DNA of 64,000 nt from contig CAWHKW010000031.1 in assembly GCA_963829995.1 (NCBI GenBank), forward strand, positions 238,358-302,357, in the 5' to 3' direction. The position numbers were made by a program, and so were the translations under genes. This DNA comes from an uncultured beta proteobacterium (GTDB lineage: Bacteria > Pseudomonadota > Gammaproteobacteria > Burkholderiales > Burkholderiaceae_F). Of the stretch, positions 40,818 to 51,868 are shown one piece after another; position 1 is the first letter of the stretch, and each line of letters opens with the position of its first letter. Under the pieces are notes generated by a model. That model saw only the letters and a program-made list of their open reading frames with translations, was not told the origin of the DNA and ran no database searches.

Positions 40818-41714
40818 ATGACGCTGAAGTTAGTCATCGAACAACGCCAGCGTGATCTTGGCGGATTCGAAGTCGGACGCGTGCTGCCGTTTGCGAAGCA
40901 CCGCATGATCGGCCCATTCATTTTCTTCGACCATTTCGGGCCCGCACATTTTCAGCGCGGGATTCCGCGCACCGTCGACGTGCGGCCGCATCCGCATATC
41001 GGCCTGTCCACCGTCACGTATTTGTTCGACGGCGAGATCATGCATCGCGACAGCGTGGGCTCCGAGCAGGCGATTCGACCCGGTGAAGTCAACTGGATGG
41101 TCGCCGGCCGCGGCATCACGCACTCCGAGCGCTTCGAGAAGGCACGCGCCGAAGGTGGGCCGATGCACGGCATTCAAGCCTGGGTCGCGCTGCCGCGCGA
41201 GGACGAAGAAACGGCGCCGGACTTCGCCAACTATTCGGGTGATGCATTGCCGACTCATCAACAAGACGGGGTGTGGATGAGGTTGATTGCCGGCGAAGCC
41301 AACGGGATGCGAGCGGGTGCCAGGACGCATTCGCCCATGTTCTACGCGCACGCGACGCTCACGCAGGGGGCAACGTTGTCGTTGCCGAACGAGTACGACG
41401 AGCGCGCCGCCTTTGTCGTGTCCGGCAGTGTCGCCGTCGACGGGCGCGACTATGGCACCGGGCAGATGCTCGTTTTCGAGCCGCGCAGCGGCGCAGTCAT
41501 TGGCGCAAACACGGCGGCGACTTTGATGATCCTCGGCGGCGAACCGCTCGGCGAGCGCTACATCGAATGGAACTTCGTGTCGTCATCCAAGGAAAGAATC
41601 GAGCAGGCCAAGTCCGATTGGCGCGCCGGTCGAATGAAGCTGCCTGATCTCGATCACGACGAATTCATTCCGTTGCCGCCGGATCCGCCGCCGCCGGCAA
41701 ACCCGATTTCCTAG
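40818..41714 (+). CDS. Pirin-family protein
   Basis: Bicupin pirin motifs (HPHIGLSTVTYLFDGEIMHRDS…). Confidence 0.8.
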   Translation: MTLKLVIEQRQRDLGGFEVGRVLPFAKHRMIGPFIFFDHFGPAHFQRGIPRTVDVRPHPHIGLSTVTYLFDGEIMHRDSVGSEQAIRPGEVNWMVAGRGITHSERFEKARAEGGPMHGIQAWVALPREDEETAPDFANYSGDALPTHQQDGVWMRLIAGEANGMRAGARTHSPMFYAHATLTQGATLSLPNEYDERAAFVVSGSVAVDGRDYGTGQMLVFEPRSGAVIGANTAATLMILGGEPLGERYIEWNFVSSSKERIEQAKSDWRAGRMKLPDLDHDEFIPLPPDPPPPANPIS

Positions 41715-41734
41715 CCGCCAATCTTTGCAAAGGC

Positions 41735-42263
41735 CTAGCGCGGCCGGAGCGCTGCGGCCAATCGATCGTAGGCTGGGGCCGAATAGCCCTGAACGCGCCG
41801 CTCGCCGGCCACGAGCAACGGCACGCCGCCGCTGCCACCGGCACCGATAAATGCGCGCATGCCGTCAACATTCTCTATGTCGTATTCAATGTAGTTGATC
41901 TGCGCTGCGGCCAGGTGCGCTTTCGCTCGTTTGCAATGGCCGCACCACACCGCGGTGAAAAGTGCCACGTCGCCGGTGCGCGGTGCGCGTGCGGCGCTGA
42001 TCCGCCCCTTGAGCGCTCTTTTCGAGCTGCTCCCGGAAGCGCAACACTTCCGCAGGTAACGGGCTGGACGGCAGATTGCGAAATTCCAGCGTATTGGTAC
42101 GCGCCCGATCGGCCGGTGGTTTGTCGCTGTAAGTAATCTCACCATCGGGACCGACCGCCTTGTAAACGGTATCGGCGCTCGTAGACATCGCGAGTGCCAG
42201 TGTGATGACGAACACGGCGCTGCGCCGAACCCACATCGTTGTCATTCCGCCTGGCGTTGCCAC
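41735..42263 (-). pseudogene. DUF4124-glutaredoxin domain protein, single frameshift near 42000
   Basis: N-terminal part (42263-41886): signal peptide plus YKAVGPDGEITYSDKPP. C-terminal part (42145-41735): VALFTAVWCGHCKRAK thioredoxin-fold CxxC. Confidence 0.55.
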
Positions 42264-42676
42264 TCGTCGAGCTGCTGTTCGGTCGGCAAAATCGGCTTGT
42301 CACGGTCCTTGCTGACCAAGCATAAAAAACCGAGCGCGCTGTCGGGCGCGGCGTAAAACTGGTGCCACGTCAGAGGATCGACGGTCACAAGATCGTGCTC
42401 GGCGATCGGCTGCACTTCGGTCCCGATGCGAACCGTACCCCGGCCGCGCAGGATCAGCACGGCGTGGGTGTGCCGGTGCTGTTCGAGCGTCGAATACCCG
42501 CCGGGCGCGATTTCGAAGTAACGCAGTTCGCTCGCGTGGTCCGGTTGCGAGAACAGTACCTGCCGCGTGATGTCCTTGAACGGCGCGCTGCCTTCGGCTT
42601 TGTATTGAAGCCGGTCGACGTCCTGCCAGCCGAAGGCGCCGGATGGATCGTTCAGGAGTCTGCGGATCGTGCTCAT
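42242..42676 (-). CDS. Cupin domain protein
   Basis: RYFEIAPGGYSTLEQHRHTHAVLILRGRG cupin motif. 4-nt overlap with the upstream RLP. Confidence 0.65.
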   Translation of the reverse strand: MSTIRRLLNDPSGAFGWQDVDRLQYKAEGSAPFKDITRQVLFSQPDHASELRYFEIAPGGYSTLEQHRHTHAVLILRGRGTVRIGTEVQPIAEHDLVTVDPLTWHQFYAAPDSALGFLCLVSKDRDKPILPTEQQLDEWQRQAE

Positions 42677-43788
42677 GCGGTAACCGTCTCGGCCGCCATC
42701 GCGACCGCGTTGACGAACTCGGTGCTGCGCGCGGCCAGTTGTTCGCGCGCCGACAACAATGCACCGCCTATCAGCAGCATCGAGTCACGACCGTACTCAC
42801 CGACCATCTCTGCCGCGCGGTCCACACTCATGCCTCCGGCCGGAGTAGGCAGCGCCGGCTTCAAGTCGTGCCATGGTTGGGTGTTGTTTTTGGCAATGGC
42901 GCGGCATGCCTCGCGCGAATACGAGAAGCGGCCACCATGATTCGGAAATATCACTGCGTCGGCGCCGAACAGCCGAAAGAGTTTTCCGAACAGTGCCTCG
43001 GGCGCAATGCGAAGGCCGCCCAGTGAGGGGTGAGCGATGAACATCATGTCCTCGAACTCGCGTTTCAGACCAACCAAAGTTGCGACGCCGCACACCATCG
43101 GCGCAATCAGCACCAGTCGCACACCCTCGCTGAGTGCCAGTTCAATTTGCGCGCGCATCTGGTCGTGATGGCCGTACAGACTGGGCGCGTACAACGTGCG
43201 GCCGCCGCGGGCGGCGTTGGACTCGCTGACGGCCTGCTGGCACGCACGTACGCGCTCGGCGAACGGCGCACTGCGTTGATTGGCCCACCCATGATCATCC
43301 TTGATCACGTCGATGCCGGCGCCTGCGAAAACTTTGCATAGGTGCACCAGCGACTCGATCGTCGAACCAATCGGCTTCAGTGCGGTGCACGTCAGCGGGC
43401 GCTCCAGCGCGCCCGTGTGGCGGCGCAGTCCGGCGATGCCCTGATTCGGGCCGCCCCAGACGCGAGCGAATGCCGCCGGCACTTCGACATCGATCAGCTC
43501 GACGTCGGGCTGCAGCGAGGCGTTGCCGAAGAGCATGTTCATCAACTGTCCGGCATCGTCGCCGATCGTTTCAGCGCTCAAGGCCAGGCGCGCCGTGTGC
43601 GTACCGTCGTTGTTGGAGGTCACCTCGTCCACACGTGCGACGATCGTGTCGAGTACATGCGAATCGCTGACTGAAGTCGCAAGCATCTCGATGCTTTGCT
43701 CGAGAGCGAGTTGCTGCGCTCGATGGGCGGCGTCGGGGCCTGTTACCCGCAGCCGGTACGTGGCACTGATGCGCAGCGGATCGGTCAT
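42673..43788 (-). CDS. RuBisCO-like protein (form IV RubisCO large-subunit family)
   Basis: RubisCO core (…GIDVIKDDHGWANQ…, …PSLGGLRIAPEA…). The likely start MTDPLRISATY at 43788 is 6 nt after the GS-like stop. Confidence 0.75.
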   Translation of the reverse strand: MTDPLRISATYRLRVTGPDAAHRAQQLALEQSIEMLATSVSDSHVLDTIVARVDEVTSNNDGTHTARLALSAETIGDDAGQLMNMLFGNASLQPDVELIDVEVPAAFARVWGGPNQGIAGLRRHTGALERPLTCTALKPIGSTIESLVHLCKVFAGAGIDVIKDDHGWANQRSAPFAERVRACQQAVSESNAARGGRTLYAPSLYGHHDQMRAQIELALSEGVRLVLIAPMVCGVATLVGLKREFEDMMFIAHPSLGGLRIAPEALFGKLFRLFGADAVIFPNHGGRFSYSREACRAIAKNNTQPWHDLKPALPTPAGGMSVDRAAEMVGEYGRDSMLLIGGALLSAREQLAARSTEFVNAVAMAAETVTA

Positions 43789-43793
43789 GCCAG

Positions 43794-45188
<1,395 letters not shown>

Positions 45189-45273
45189 TCCTTCGTTGGC
45201 GGTCAGTCTGAATCAGCACGCGCCAAATGTCCAAGCCCTACAATTGCGCGTTTTTTGTCTCGCTGAGAGTGCA

Positions 45274-45726
45274 ATGCCGATTTACGCATACAAGTGCGCC
45301 GAATGCAGCCACCAAATGGATGTGATCCGGAAGGTGTCTGACCCGCCGCTGCTCGATTGCCCCAACTGCGGCAAGCCCGCGCTCGTCAAGCAAGTCACCG
45401 CGGCCGGGTTTCAGTTGAAAGGGGCCGGTTGGTACGTCACCGATTTTCGTGACCAGGGGTCGGGCAAGAAAAAAGACGGCGCCAAGCCTGACGAAAAGGC
45501 GACGACCGAACAGGCGGCGGATTCGAAGAGCGAATCAAAGACCGAGGCCAAGAGCGATACGGGCGCCGATGCAAAAACCGCGGCGAAATCCGACGCCAAG
45601 ACCGAATCGAAATCGGATTCCAAATCCGAATCAAAAACCGAATCAAAGACAGAGAGCGGGAGTAAGTCTGCGCCTGCTCCCGCAGGACCGCCGGCGCCCA
45701 AGGGCACGTCGAGCGGTACAGGGTGA
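45274..45726 (+). CDS. FmdB-family zinc-ribbon protein with a low-complexity KTESK/SKSE repeat tail
   Basis: MPIYAYKCAECSH…CPNCG zinc ribbon. The start is internal to ORF 45172. Confidence 0.65.
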   Translation: MPIYAYKCAECSHQMDVIRKVSDPPLLDCPNCGKPALVKQVTAAGFQLKGAGWYVTDFRDQGSGKKKDGAKPDEKATTEQAADSKSESKTEAKSDTGADAKTAAKSDAKTESKSDSKSESKTESKTESGSKSAPAPAGPPAPKGTSSGTG

Positions 45727-45735
45727 CGCTGGCGC

Positions 45736-46413
45736 ATGTTCAAAAAATATCTAATCGCCGGGTTGCTGGTGTGGATCCCGCTGGCGATCACCTTTTGGCT
45801 GCTCGATGTGATTATCAGCACGATGGATCAGACGCTGCTGTTGCTGCCCACAAGCTGGCGGCCGGACGCGCTGTTGCCGTTTCATATCCCTGGCATCGGG
45901 TTGCTGTTGTCGCTGCTGATCGTGCTGGCGACCGGCGTGCTCGCCGCCAACATCATCGGCGAGCGGCTCCTGCGCTGGTGGCACGGCTTGCTGAACCGGA
46001 TCCCGATCGTGCGCTCGATTTATTCGAGCGTGAAACAGATTTCGGACACGCTGCTGGCGACGCGCGGCCAATCGTTTCGCAAAGTCGTGATGATCGAGTT
46101 TCCGCAGCGTGGCCAGTGGACACTCGCCTTCGTCGTCGGATCTCCCGGTCCCACGATTGTCGCGGCGACGGCGGCGGACGCAATCACTGTGTATGTGCCG
46201 ACGGCGCCGAATCCGACGTCGGGATACGTGCTGGTAGTCCGTCCGGAAGAGGTGCGCGAGGTCGACATCAGCGTGGACGATGCACTGAAGTTCCACGTCT
46301 CGCTCGGCGTGGTGCCGCCGCGGTTGAGCGCCCGTACGCAGCGCTCGGCGTTAACCGCGGCGGGGCCGCCAACCAAGCCGGCGGCGGTTGAGACAACCAG
46401 CCATCTTGATTAA
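45736..46413 (+). CDS. DUF502 membrane protein
   Basis: MFKKYLIAGLLVWIPLAITFWLL… is typical of DUF502. Confidence 0.7.
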   Translation: MFKKYLIAGLLVWIPLAITFWLLDVIISTMDQTLLLLPTSWRPDALLPFHIPGIGLLLSLLIVLATGVLAANIIGERLLRWWHGLLNRIPIVRSIYSSVKQISDTLLATRGQSFRKVVMIEFPQRGQWTLAFVVGSPGPTIVAATAADAITVYVPTAPNPTSGYVLVVRPEEVREVDISVDDALKFHVSLGVVPPRLSARTQRSALTAAGPPTKPAAVETTSHLD

Positions 46414-46603
46414 GCTGCGGGCCATGTCGACGAAAATACGTTTCACGCTGGCCGTCGCTTCGAATCGAAACCGCTAGGGTCGGACGGCCAGCGACCGTTC
46501 GACCCGCGTGCCGCCCGGCACGCAACACGCTGCAAACCCACAACCAAGTTGCCGGACCGCGAAGCGGGCCGGCTCCCTGAATATTTAACCGGCTCCCCTG
46601 ACC

Positions 46604-48415
46604 ATGAAGAGAACCGAATACGCGGGCCTGGTGGACGCCAAGTTCATCGGCCAAACGATCACCCTGTTTGGCTGGGTCCATCGACGACGTGACCATGGCG
46701 GCGTCATTTTCATCGACCTCAGAGATCGCGAAGGATTGCTGCAGGTCGTGTGCGATCCCGATCGAGCCGAAGTGTTTGCATCGGCCGAGAAAGTGCGCAG
46801 CGAATACTGCCTGCAGATCGTCGGAACGGTGCGCCGCCGTCCCGAGGGAACCGTCAACACGGCGTTGACGTCGGGTGAGATTGAAGTCTTGTGCGAGCAG
46901 CTCACGATTCTCAACTCCTCGGTGCCGATCCCGTTTCAGCTCGATGACGACAATCTGTCGGAAACCACGCGGCTGACTCATCGCGTGCTCGATCTGCGGC
47001 GGCCGGAGATGCAGAAAAACATGATGCTGCGTTATCGCGTCACGATGGCGGTGCGCAAGTATCTGGACGCTGCGGGCTTTATCGACATCGAAACGCCGAT
47101 GCTGACCCGCAGCACGCCCGAGGGCGCCCGCGACTATCTGGTGCCGTCGCGCGTTCATCCGGGGGCGTTTTTCGCGCTGCCCCAGTCGCCGCAGCTTTTC
47201 AAGCAACTGCTGATGGTCGCGGGCTTCGACCGCTACTACCAGATCGTCAAATGCTTTCGCGACGAGGACTTGCGCGCCGACCGCCAGCCCGAGTTCACGC
47301 AGATCGATATCGAGACTTCGTTTTTGGACGAAGCCGAGGTTCGCGCCACGATGGAGCAGATGATCCGAGCGGTGTTCGAAGAGGTGCTCGCGGTCAAGCT
47401 GCCGCAGCCGTTTCCGGTGATGACGCACGCGGATGCGATGCGGCTGTACGGCTCCGACAAGCCCGATCTTCGGATCGGCTTGCAGCTAACGGAACTGACC
47501 GACGTGATGCGTGACGTCGAGTTCAAGGTGTTCAAGGCGGCCACCGAGATGAAGGACGGCAGGGTCTTCGCTTTGCGCATCCCCGGCGGCGGCGAGTTGC
47601 CGCGCTCGGAGATCGACGGCTACACGGACTTTGTGAAGATTTACGGCGCCAAAGGTCTTGCTTACATCAAAGTCAATCAGGCGGCGCAAGGGCGGGCCGG
47701 ACTTCAAAGCCCGATCATCAAGAATCTGCACGATGCTGCGCTGACGGAGATCATCAAACGCACCGGTTCGAAAGATGGCGACCTGATTTTCTTTGGCGCT
47801 GACCGTGCCAAGGTCGTCTTCGACGCGCTCGGTGCGCTGCGCACGAAAATCGGACACAGCGAGTTCGGGCGCGACCGCGGGCTGGCGAGCGAAGGCTGGC
47901 AGCCGCTCTGGGTGGTGGACTTTCCGATGTTCGAGTTCGACGAGGAGGCGCAGCGCTACGTGGCCGCGCATCATCCGTTTACGAGTCCGAAGGATGGGCA
48001 CGAAGACTATTTGGCGACCGATCCCGCGCAAGCGCTCGCCAAGGCGTATGACTTCGTGCTCAACGGCTGGGAAATCGGCGGCGGCTCAATCCGGATTCAT
48101 CGCGAGGAGGTTCAAAGCAAAGTGTTCCGCGCGCTGAAGATCGGCGCCGAAGAGGCGGGCGCCAAGTTCGGGTTTCTGCTCGACGCGCTGCAGTATGGCG
48201 CGCCGCCTCACGGCGGCGTCGCGTTCGGACTGGACCGGCTGGTTGCCATGATGGCCGGCGCCGAATCGATTCGCGATGTGATCGCGTTTCCAAAGACGCA
48301 ACGCGCTCAGGACTTGCTGACGCAGGCGCCCAGCACGGTCGATGAGAAGCAGCTGCGCGAACTTCATATTCGGGTGCGCGGCGAAGCGAAGGCGGCGGAG
48401 CCACGAATCGCGTAG
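46604..48415 (+). CDS. aspS: Aspartate--tRNA ligase
   Basis: Colinear with E. coli AspS (…FIDLRDREG…[29 protein letters not shown]…GGGSIRIH…FGLDRL…); 603 aa, intact. Confidence 0.9.
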   Translation: MKRTEYAGLVDAKFIGQTITLFGWVHRRRDHGGVIFIDLRDREGLLQVVCDPDRAEVFASAEKVRSEYCLQIVGTVRRRPEGTVNTALTSGEIEVLCEQLTILNSSVPIPFQLDDDNLSETTRLTHRVLDLRRPEMQKNMMLRYRVTMAVRKYLDAAGFIDIETPMLTRSTPEGARDYLVPSRVHPGAFFALPQSPQLFKQLLMVAGFDRYYQIVKCFRDEDLRADRQPEFTQIDIETSFLDEAEVRATMEQMIRAVFEEVLAVKLPQPFPVMTHADAMRLYGSDKPDLRIGLQLTELTDVMRDVEFKVFKAATEMKDGRVFALRIPGGGELPRSEIDGYTDFVKIYGAKGLAYIKVNQAAQGRAGLQSPIIKNLHDAALTEIIKRTGSKDGDLIFFGADRAKVVFDALGALRTKIGHSEFGRDRGLASEGWQPLWVVDFPMFEFDEEAQRYVAAHHPFTSPKDGHEDYLATDPAQALAKAYDFVLNGWEIGGGSIRIHREEVQSKVFRALKIGAEEAGAKFGFLLDALQYGAPPHGGVAFGLDRLVAMMAGAESIRDVIAFPKTQRAQDLLTQAPSTVDEKQLRELHIRVRGEAKAAEPRIA

Positions 48416-48435
48416 TGCGCGCCGTCAACGCGCCA

Positions 48436-48885
48436 ATGAAGATTCCGGAGTCGGTGCTGGTGGTTGTCTACACGCCGGCACTCGATGTGCTCATCATCGA
48501 GCGTGCCGATCATCCAGGATTCTGGCAGTCGATCACCGGAAGCAAGGCGACCTTCGACGAGCCGCTGCGCACGACCTGCGTGCGTGAGGTGGCCGAAGAG
48601 ACGGGCCTTACGGTGTCAGAGGGGCAGCTCGAAGACTGGGAAGTCAGCCATAGTTTCGTCATTTACGAACACTGGCGTCATCGCTACGCGACGGGCGTTA
48701 CCCATAATACGGAGCATGTCTTTGGACTCTGCCTGCCGCACCGCTTCGAGCCCCACCTCAATCCGGTCGAACACATCCGACATCGATGGCTCGACTGGCG
48801 CGCCGCGGCCGATGCGTGTTTTTCGTGGACCAATGCCGAGAGCATCCGGCGGCTGGGGCAACTGGAGACGAATCGCAGCGCTTAG
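48436..48885 (+). CDS. nudB: NUDIX hydrolase, dihydroneopterin triphosphate diphosphatase-like
   Basis: Nudix box TTCVREVAEETGL. Position downstream of aspS as in enterics. Confidence 0.7.
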   Translation: MKIPESVLVVVYTPALDVLIIERADHPGFWQSITGSKATFDEPLRTTCVREVAEETGLTVSEGQLEDWEVSHSFVIYEHWRHRYATGVTHNTEHVFGLCLPHRFEPHLNPVEHIRHRWLDWRAAADACFSWTNAESIRRLGQLETNRSA

Positions 48886-48886
48886 C

Positions 48887-49483
48887 ATGTCGCTGGCAGG
48901 TTTTTTCGGTTCGCCATCAAGCGGGGTTGCGCAGCAGTTGCCGATCGTGACCGTCGAGCGTGAAGGCGACACGTTCTACGTGCGGGCACGCGCGAGCGTG
49001 GCGGTCGATCCACGCGTTGCCTGGGACACGATCACCGACTACGAGCATATGCGCGACTTTCTGCCGAACATCGAGCGGTCCAAGGTGATCGCGCGCAGCG
49101 GCACGCGCATGACCGTCGAACACGTGGGGCAATTTCCACTCTTCTTTTTCGATGTTCCGGTTCGGGTGCGCCTCGTGGTCGTGCAGCAGCCGTTCGAGCG
49201 CATCGTCGCGCGCTCCGAGCCCGGCGAGGTAGACGGGGCGCCGCAAACATTGCGCTCGTTTATGGGCCGCTACGACCTGGCGGTGATCAGTATCGAACGC
49301 CGTGCCGGGGTGCGGTTGGAGTACGAATCGCAATTCGAACTGGCCGAGCCTTTGCCGCCGATCATCGGCGACCTGTTCGGCACCGCGATGGTTACGAAGA
49401 CTGTGCGCCTGCAGTTCGAGGCGATGGTGCGCGAGATGGTGCGGCGGCAGGCGGGCCGTCCTTCAATCGAAAAGTCGCAGTGA
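48887..49483 (+). CDS. SRPBCC (polyketide cyclase/dehydrase-like) lipid-binding protein
   Basis: SRPBCC fold (…AWDTITDYEHMRDFLPNI…). ORF 48464-49483 is a spurious N-terminal extension. Confidence 0.6.
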   Translation: MSLAGFFGSPSSGVAQQLPIVTVEREGDTFYVRARASVAVDPRVAWDTITDYEHMRDFLPNIERSKVIARSGTRMTVEHVGQFPLFFFDVPVRVRLVVVQQPFERIVARSEPGEVDGAPQTLRSFMGRYDLAVISIERRAGVRLEYESQFELAEPLPPIIGDLFGTAMVTKTVRLQFEAMVREMVRRQAGRPSIEKSQ

Positions 49484-50940
49484 GTCGGATGGCAGCGGGC
49501 GTCGCCGTAAGCCGGTCCATGCTGCTCGCGCTGGCGGTTGCACTAGCCGGCTGCGCGAGCGTAGATCCCTACGCAGCGCCACCGATGGTGCATCACTTGC
49601 AGCGCGATGACGTGCTCGGCTACTGCGCGAGGCTGTTCGCCGACATTGATCGCCGCATCGACTCCCTCGGAGTACGCGACGCCGAAGCGCGGCGGATCGC
49701 CGGATTTCCGTATCTGCGTATCGACCGCTTTAACGCGGTGCTTGGGCAGCGTGCGACGGGCGCGGCGCAAGATCAAGCGTGGCGCGCCCGACTGCAACAG
49801 CTCGATGAAGCGGCCCGCGCCACCGAGCTGGCCAACGCCGCGTTGAGCATCGAGGATCTGCCGCGATGCCGAGGCTTGCTTGGCACGGCCGATGCAGCCG
49901 CCTTTGGAGAGCTGCGCGGGTCGGCTCAAGTGCCGGACGACTACAGCATCAGCATGCGGACGCTCGGTCTGTATCCGCTTACCCGCCTGCCTTTTGCGGC
50001 GGGCATCGCGCGCTGGCATGCTGAAACCCGCTCGGCGTTTGCGACGCCGATCGAAACGCTGCCGATCCGGGGCCAACTGCGGCGTTATGGCCCGCCGCCA
50101 AGCGGTTCAAAACCGGCGCCACAGCCGAGCCTCGATGCGCTCGGCGTTCCCGTTTTCTCCGCAGCGCAGGCAGCGGCTCTCTTTCTCCGGCACGCGCCGA
50201 TGCTGGAGATCGACGTAGCCGGCGAGTTCGACCGCATGGGTGCGCTGACTCTTGGTGTTGACGATCAAGTCATCGTCGACGCGGCTGCGCCCATCGTCTA
50301 CACGCGCCTGGCCTACACGCTGCTCGGGGGCTTGATTCATCCGCAGTTGGTCTACACATTCTGGTTCAGCGAGCGTCCGCCCTCGTCCGACGGCGCGTTC
50401 GACCTGCTGGCGGGCAAACTCGACGGGGTCGTTTGGCGCGTGACGTTGGATTCGGCCGGCGAGGCGCTGGTATATGACAGCATGCACGCGTGCGGCTGTT
50501 ATCACCTGTTCTTTCCGACTGAGAAAGTGGTGGCGCGTGATTTGCCTGAAACCCTCGATGAAACTCTGTTCGTTCCGCAAGCCGCACCGCCCGCGCAGCC
50601 AGGTGAGAAAGTCGTGCTGCGATTGGAGTCCGGTACACACTACCTGCAGCGTGTGTCAATGACACCCGAAACACGAACAGCCGATGCGGTGACCTACCAG
50701 CTGCAGGACGAGCGGATGCTGACGACCTTGCCGCGCCGCGGCGGAGGCTCTCGAAGTGTCTACGACTTCGATGGCTTGATTCCCGGCAGCGAGCGCGCCG
50801 AGCGCTGGTTTTTCTGGCCGATGGGCATTGAATCGGCTGGGCAGATGCGCCAATGGGGGCGCCACGCGACGGCGTTCATCGGCCGGCGTCATTTCGACGA
50901 CCCCCTGCTTTTCGACGCTTACTTCGAAGTCCGCCGCTGA
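49480..50940 (+). CDS. Conserved hypothetical lipoprotein
   Basis: Lipobox LAGCAS; 486 aa, no assigned domain. Confidence 0.55.
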   Translation: MSRMAAGVAVSRSMLLALAVALAGCASVDPYAAPPMVHHLQRDDVLGYCARLFADIDRRIDSLGVRDAEARRIAGFPYLRIDRFNAVLGQRATGAAQDQAWRARLQQLDEAARATELANAALSIEDLPRCRGLLGTADAAAFGELRGSAQVPDDYSISMRTLGLYPLTRLPFAAGIARWHAETRSAFATPIETLPIRGQLRRYGPPPSGSKPAPQPSLDALGVPVFSAAQAAALFLRHAPMLEIDVAGEFDRMGALTLGVDDQVIVDAAAPIVYTRLAYTLLGGLIHPQLVYTFWFSERPPSSDGAFDLLAGKLDGVVWRVTLDSAGEALVYDSMHACGCYHLFFPTEKVVARDLPETLDETLFVPQAAPPAQPGEKVVLRLESGTHYLQRVSMTPETRTADAVTYQLQDERMLTTLPRRGGGSRSVYDFDGLIPGSERAERWFFWPMGIESAGQMRQWGRHATAFIGRRHFDDPLLFDAYFEVRR

Positions 50941-50979
50941 GAGAATAGAAATCCGCTGTAGCGAAAAAAACACGCATCC

Positions 50980-51792
50980 ATGAAGATTCGAGTCGCGACT
51001 TACAACATTCACAAGGGCGTCAGCGGCAGCTTGCGCAAAAGAGTGCGCATTCACGACGTGAAGCTCGCGCTGCATTCGATGGACGCCGATATCGTGTTCC
51101 TGCAGGAAGTGCAGGAAAAGAACGACCGCATGTCCAAGCACAACGGCTATCCCCAAGGTACTCAGCTCGACTTCTTGTGCACCGGCAGTTACTTGCATCG
51201 AGCGTATGGGATGAACGCGGTGTACCCGCACGGCCATCATGGCAACGCAATCGTTTCGCGCCACGCGATCGGCCGCCATCTGAATCACGACATTTCGGAC
51301 CACGCGCTTGAAAGACGTGGGTTGCTGCACGCGATATCGCATTTCGAAACAAGCAAGGGCGCCCTCGATGTGCATCTGATCAATACGCACTTTGGTCTGA
51401 TCAAGCGCAGCCGGGTGCGGCAGGCCGAGTTCCTGATTGACTTCGTCAGGTCGGAAGTGCCGAAGGGAGCACCACTGATCATTGCCGGCGATTTCAACGA
51501 CTGGCAGCGTGGGGTTGACGAAGTGCTGCATAGCGAGCTCGACGTGTTCGAGGCGGCATCCGAATTCAATCGCCGCCAGTCGAAGCCGCGGCTACGCGAC
51601 CGGCTCGTGCCGTGGCGCGAGCTGCCACGCTCGCACACGGCACGCACGTATCCGAGCATGATGCCGTGGCTGCAACTGGACCGCATTTACGTGCGTGGCT
51701 TCAAGATCAACGATGTGCGTGTGCCCAAGGGGGTTGAATGGGCACAGCGCTCCGACCACATGCCACTGATCGCGGACATGGAAGTGGCGTGA
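50980..51792 (+). CDS. Endonuclease/exonuclease/phosphatase (EEP) family protein
   Basis: MKIRVATYNIHKG…DIVFLQEV…IAGDFN…SDHMPL. Confidence 0.75.
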   Translation: MKIRVATYNIHKGVSGSLRKRVRIHDVKLALHSMDADIVFLQEVQEKNDRMSKHNGYPQGTQLDFLCTGSYLHRAYGMNAVYPHGHHGNAIVSRHAIGRHLNHDISDHALERRGLLHAISHFETSKGALDVHLINTHFGLIKRSRVRQAEFLIDFVRSEVPKGAPLIIAGDFNDWQRGVDEVLHSELDVFEAASEFNRRQSKPRLRDRLVPWRELPRSHTARTYPSMMPWLQLDRIYVRGFKINDVRVPKGVEWAQRSDHMPLIADMEVA

Positions 51793-51868
51793 GGTTTCCG
51801 CGTCGCCACATGAGCCCGGTGGGCGGGACTGCGCACAGCGCCAAGGGTGCGTCCGTCGGCTTATCGAA

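Noticed and set aside
45480-45700. Tandem KTESK/SKSES repeats that might suggest a CRISPR or tandem-repeat locus
   Set aside because: The repeats are in-frame codon repeats forming the low-complexity tail of the FmdB zinc-ribbon protein, with no spacer/repeat periodicity of 28-37 bp. No CRISPR array exists anywhere in the window.
48464-49483. 339-aa ORF spanning nudB and the SRPBCC gene
   Set aside because: The N-terminal 140 aa are an out-of-frame read through nudB (Ser/Arg-rich). The real gene starts at ATG 48887 with the SRPBCC domain.
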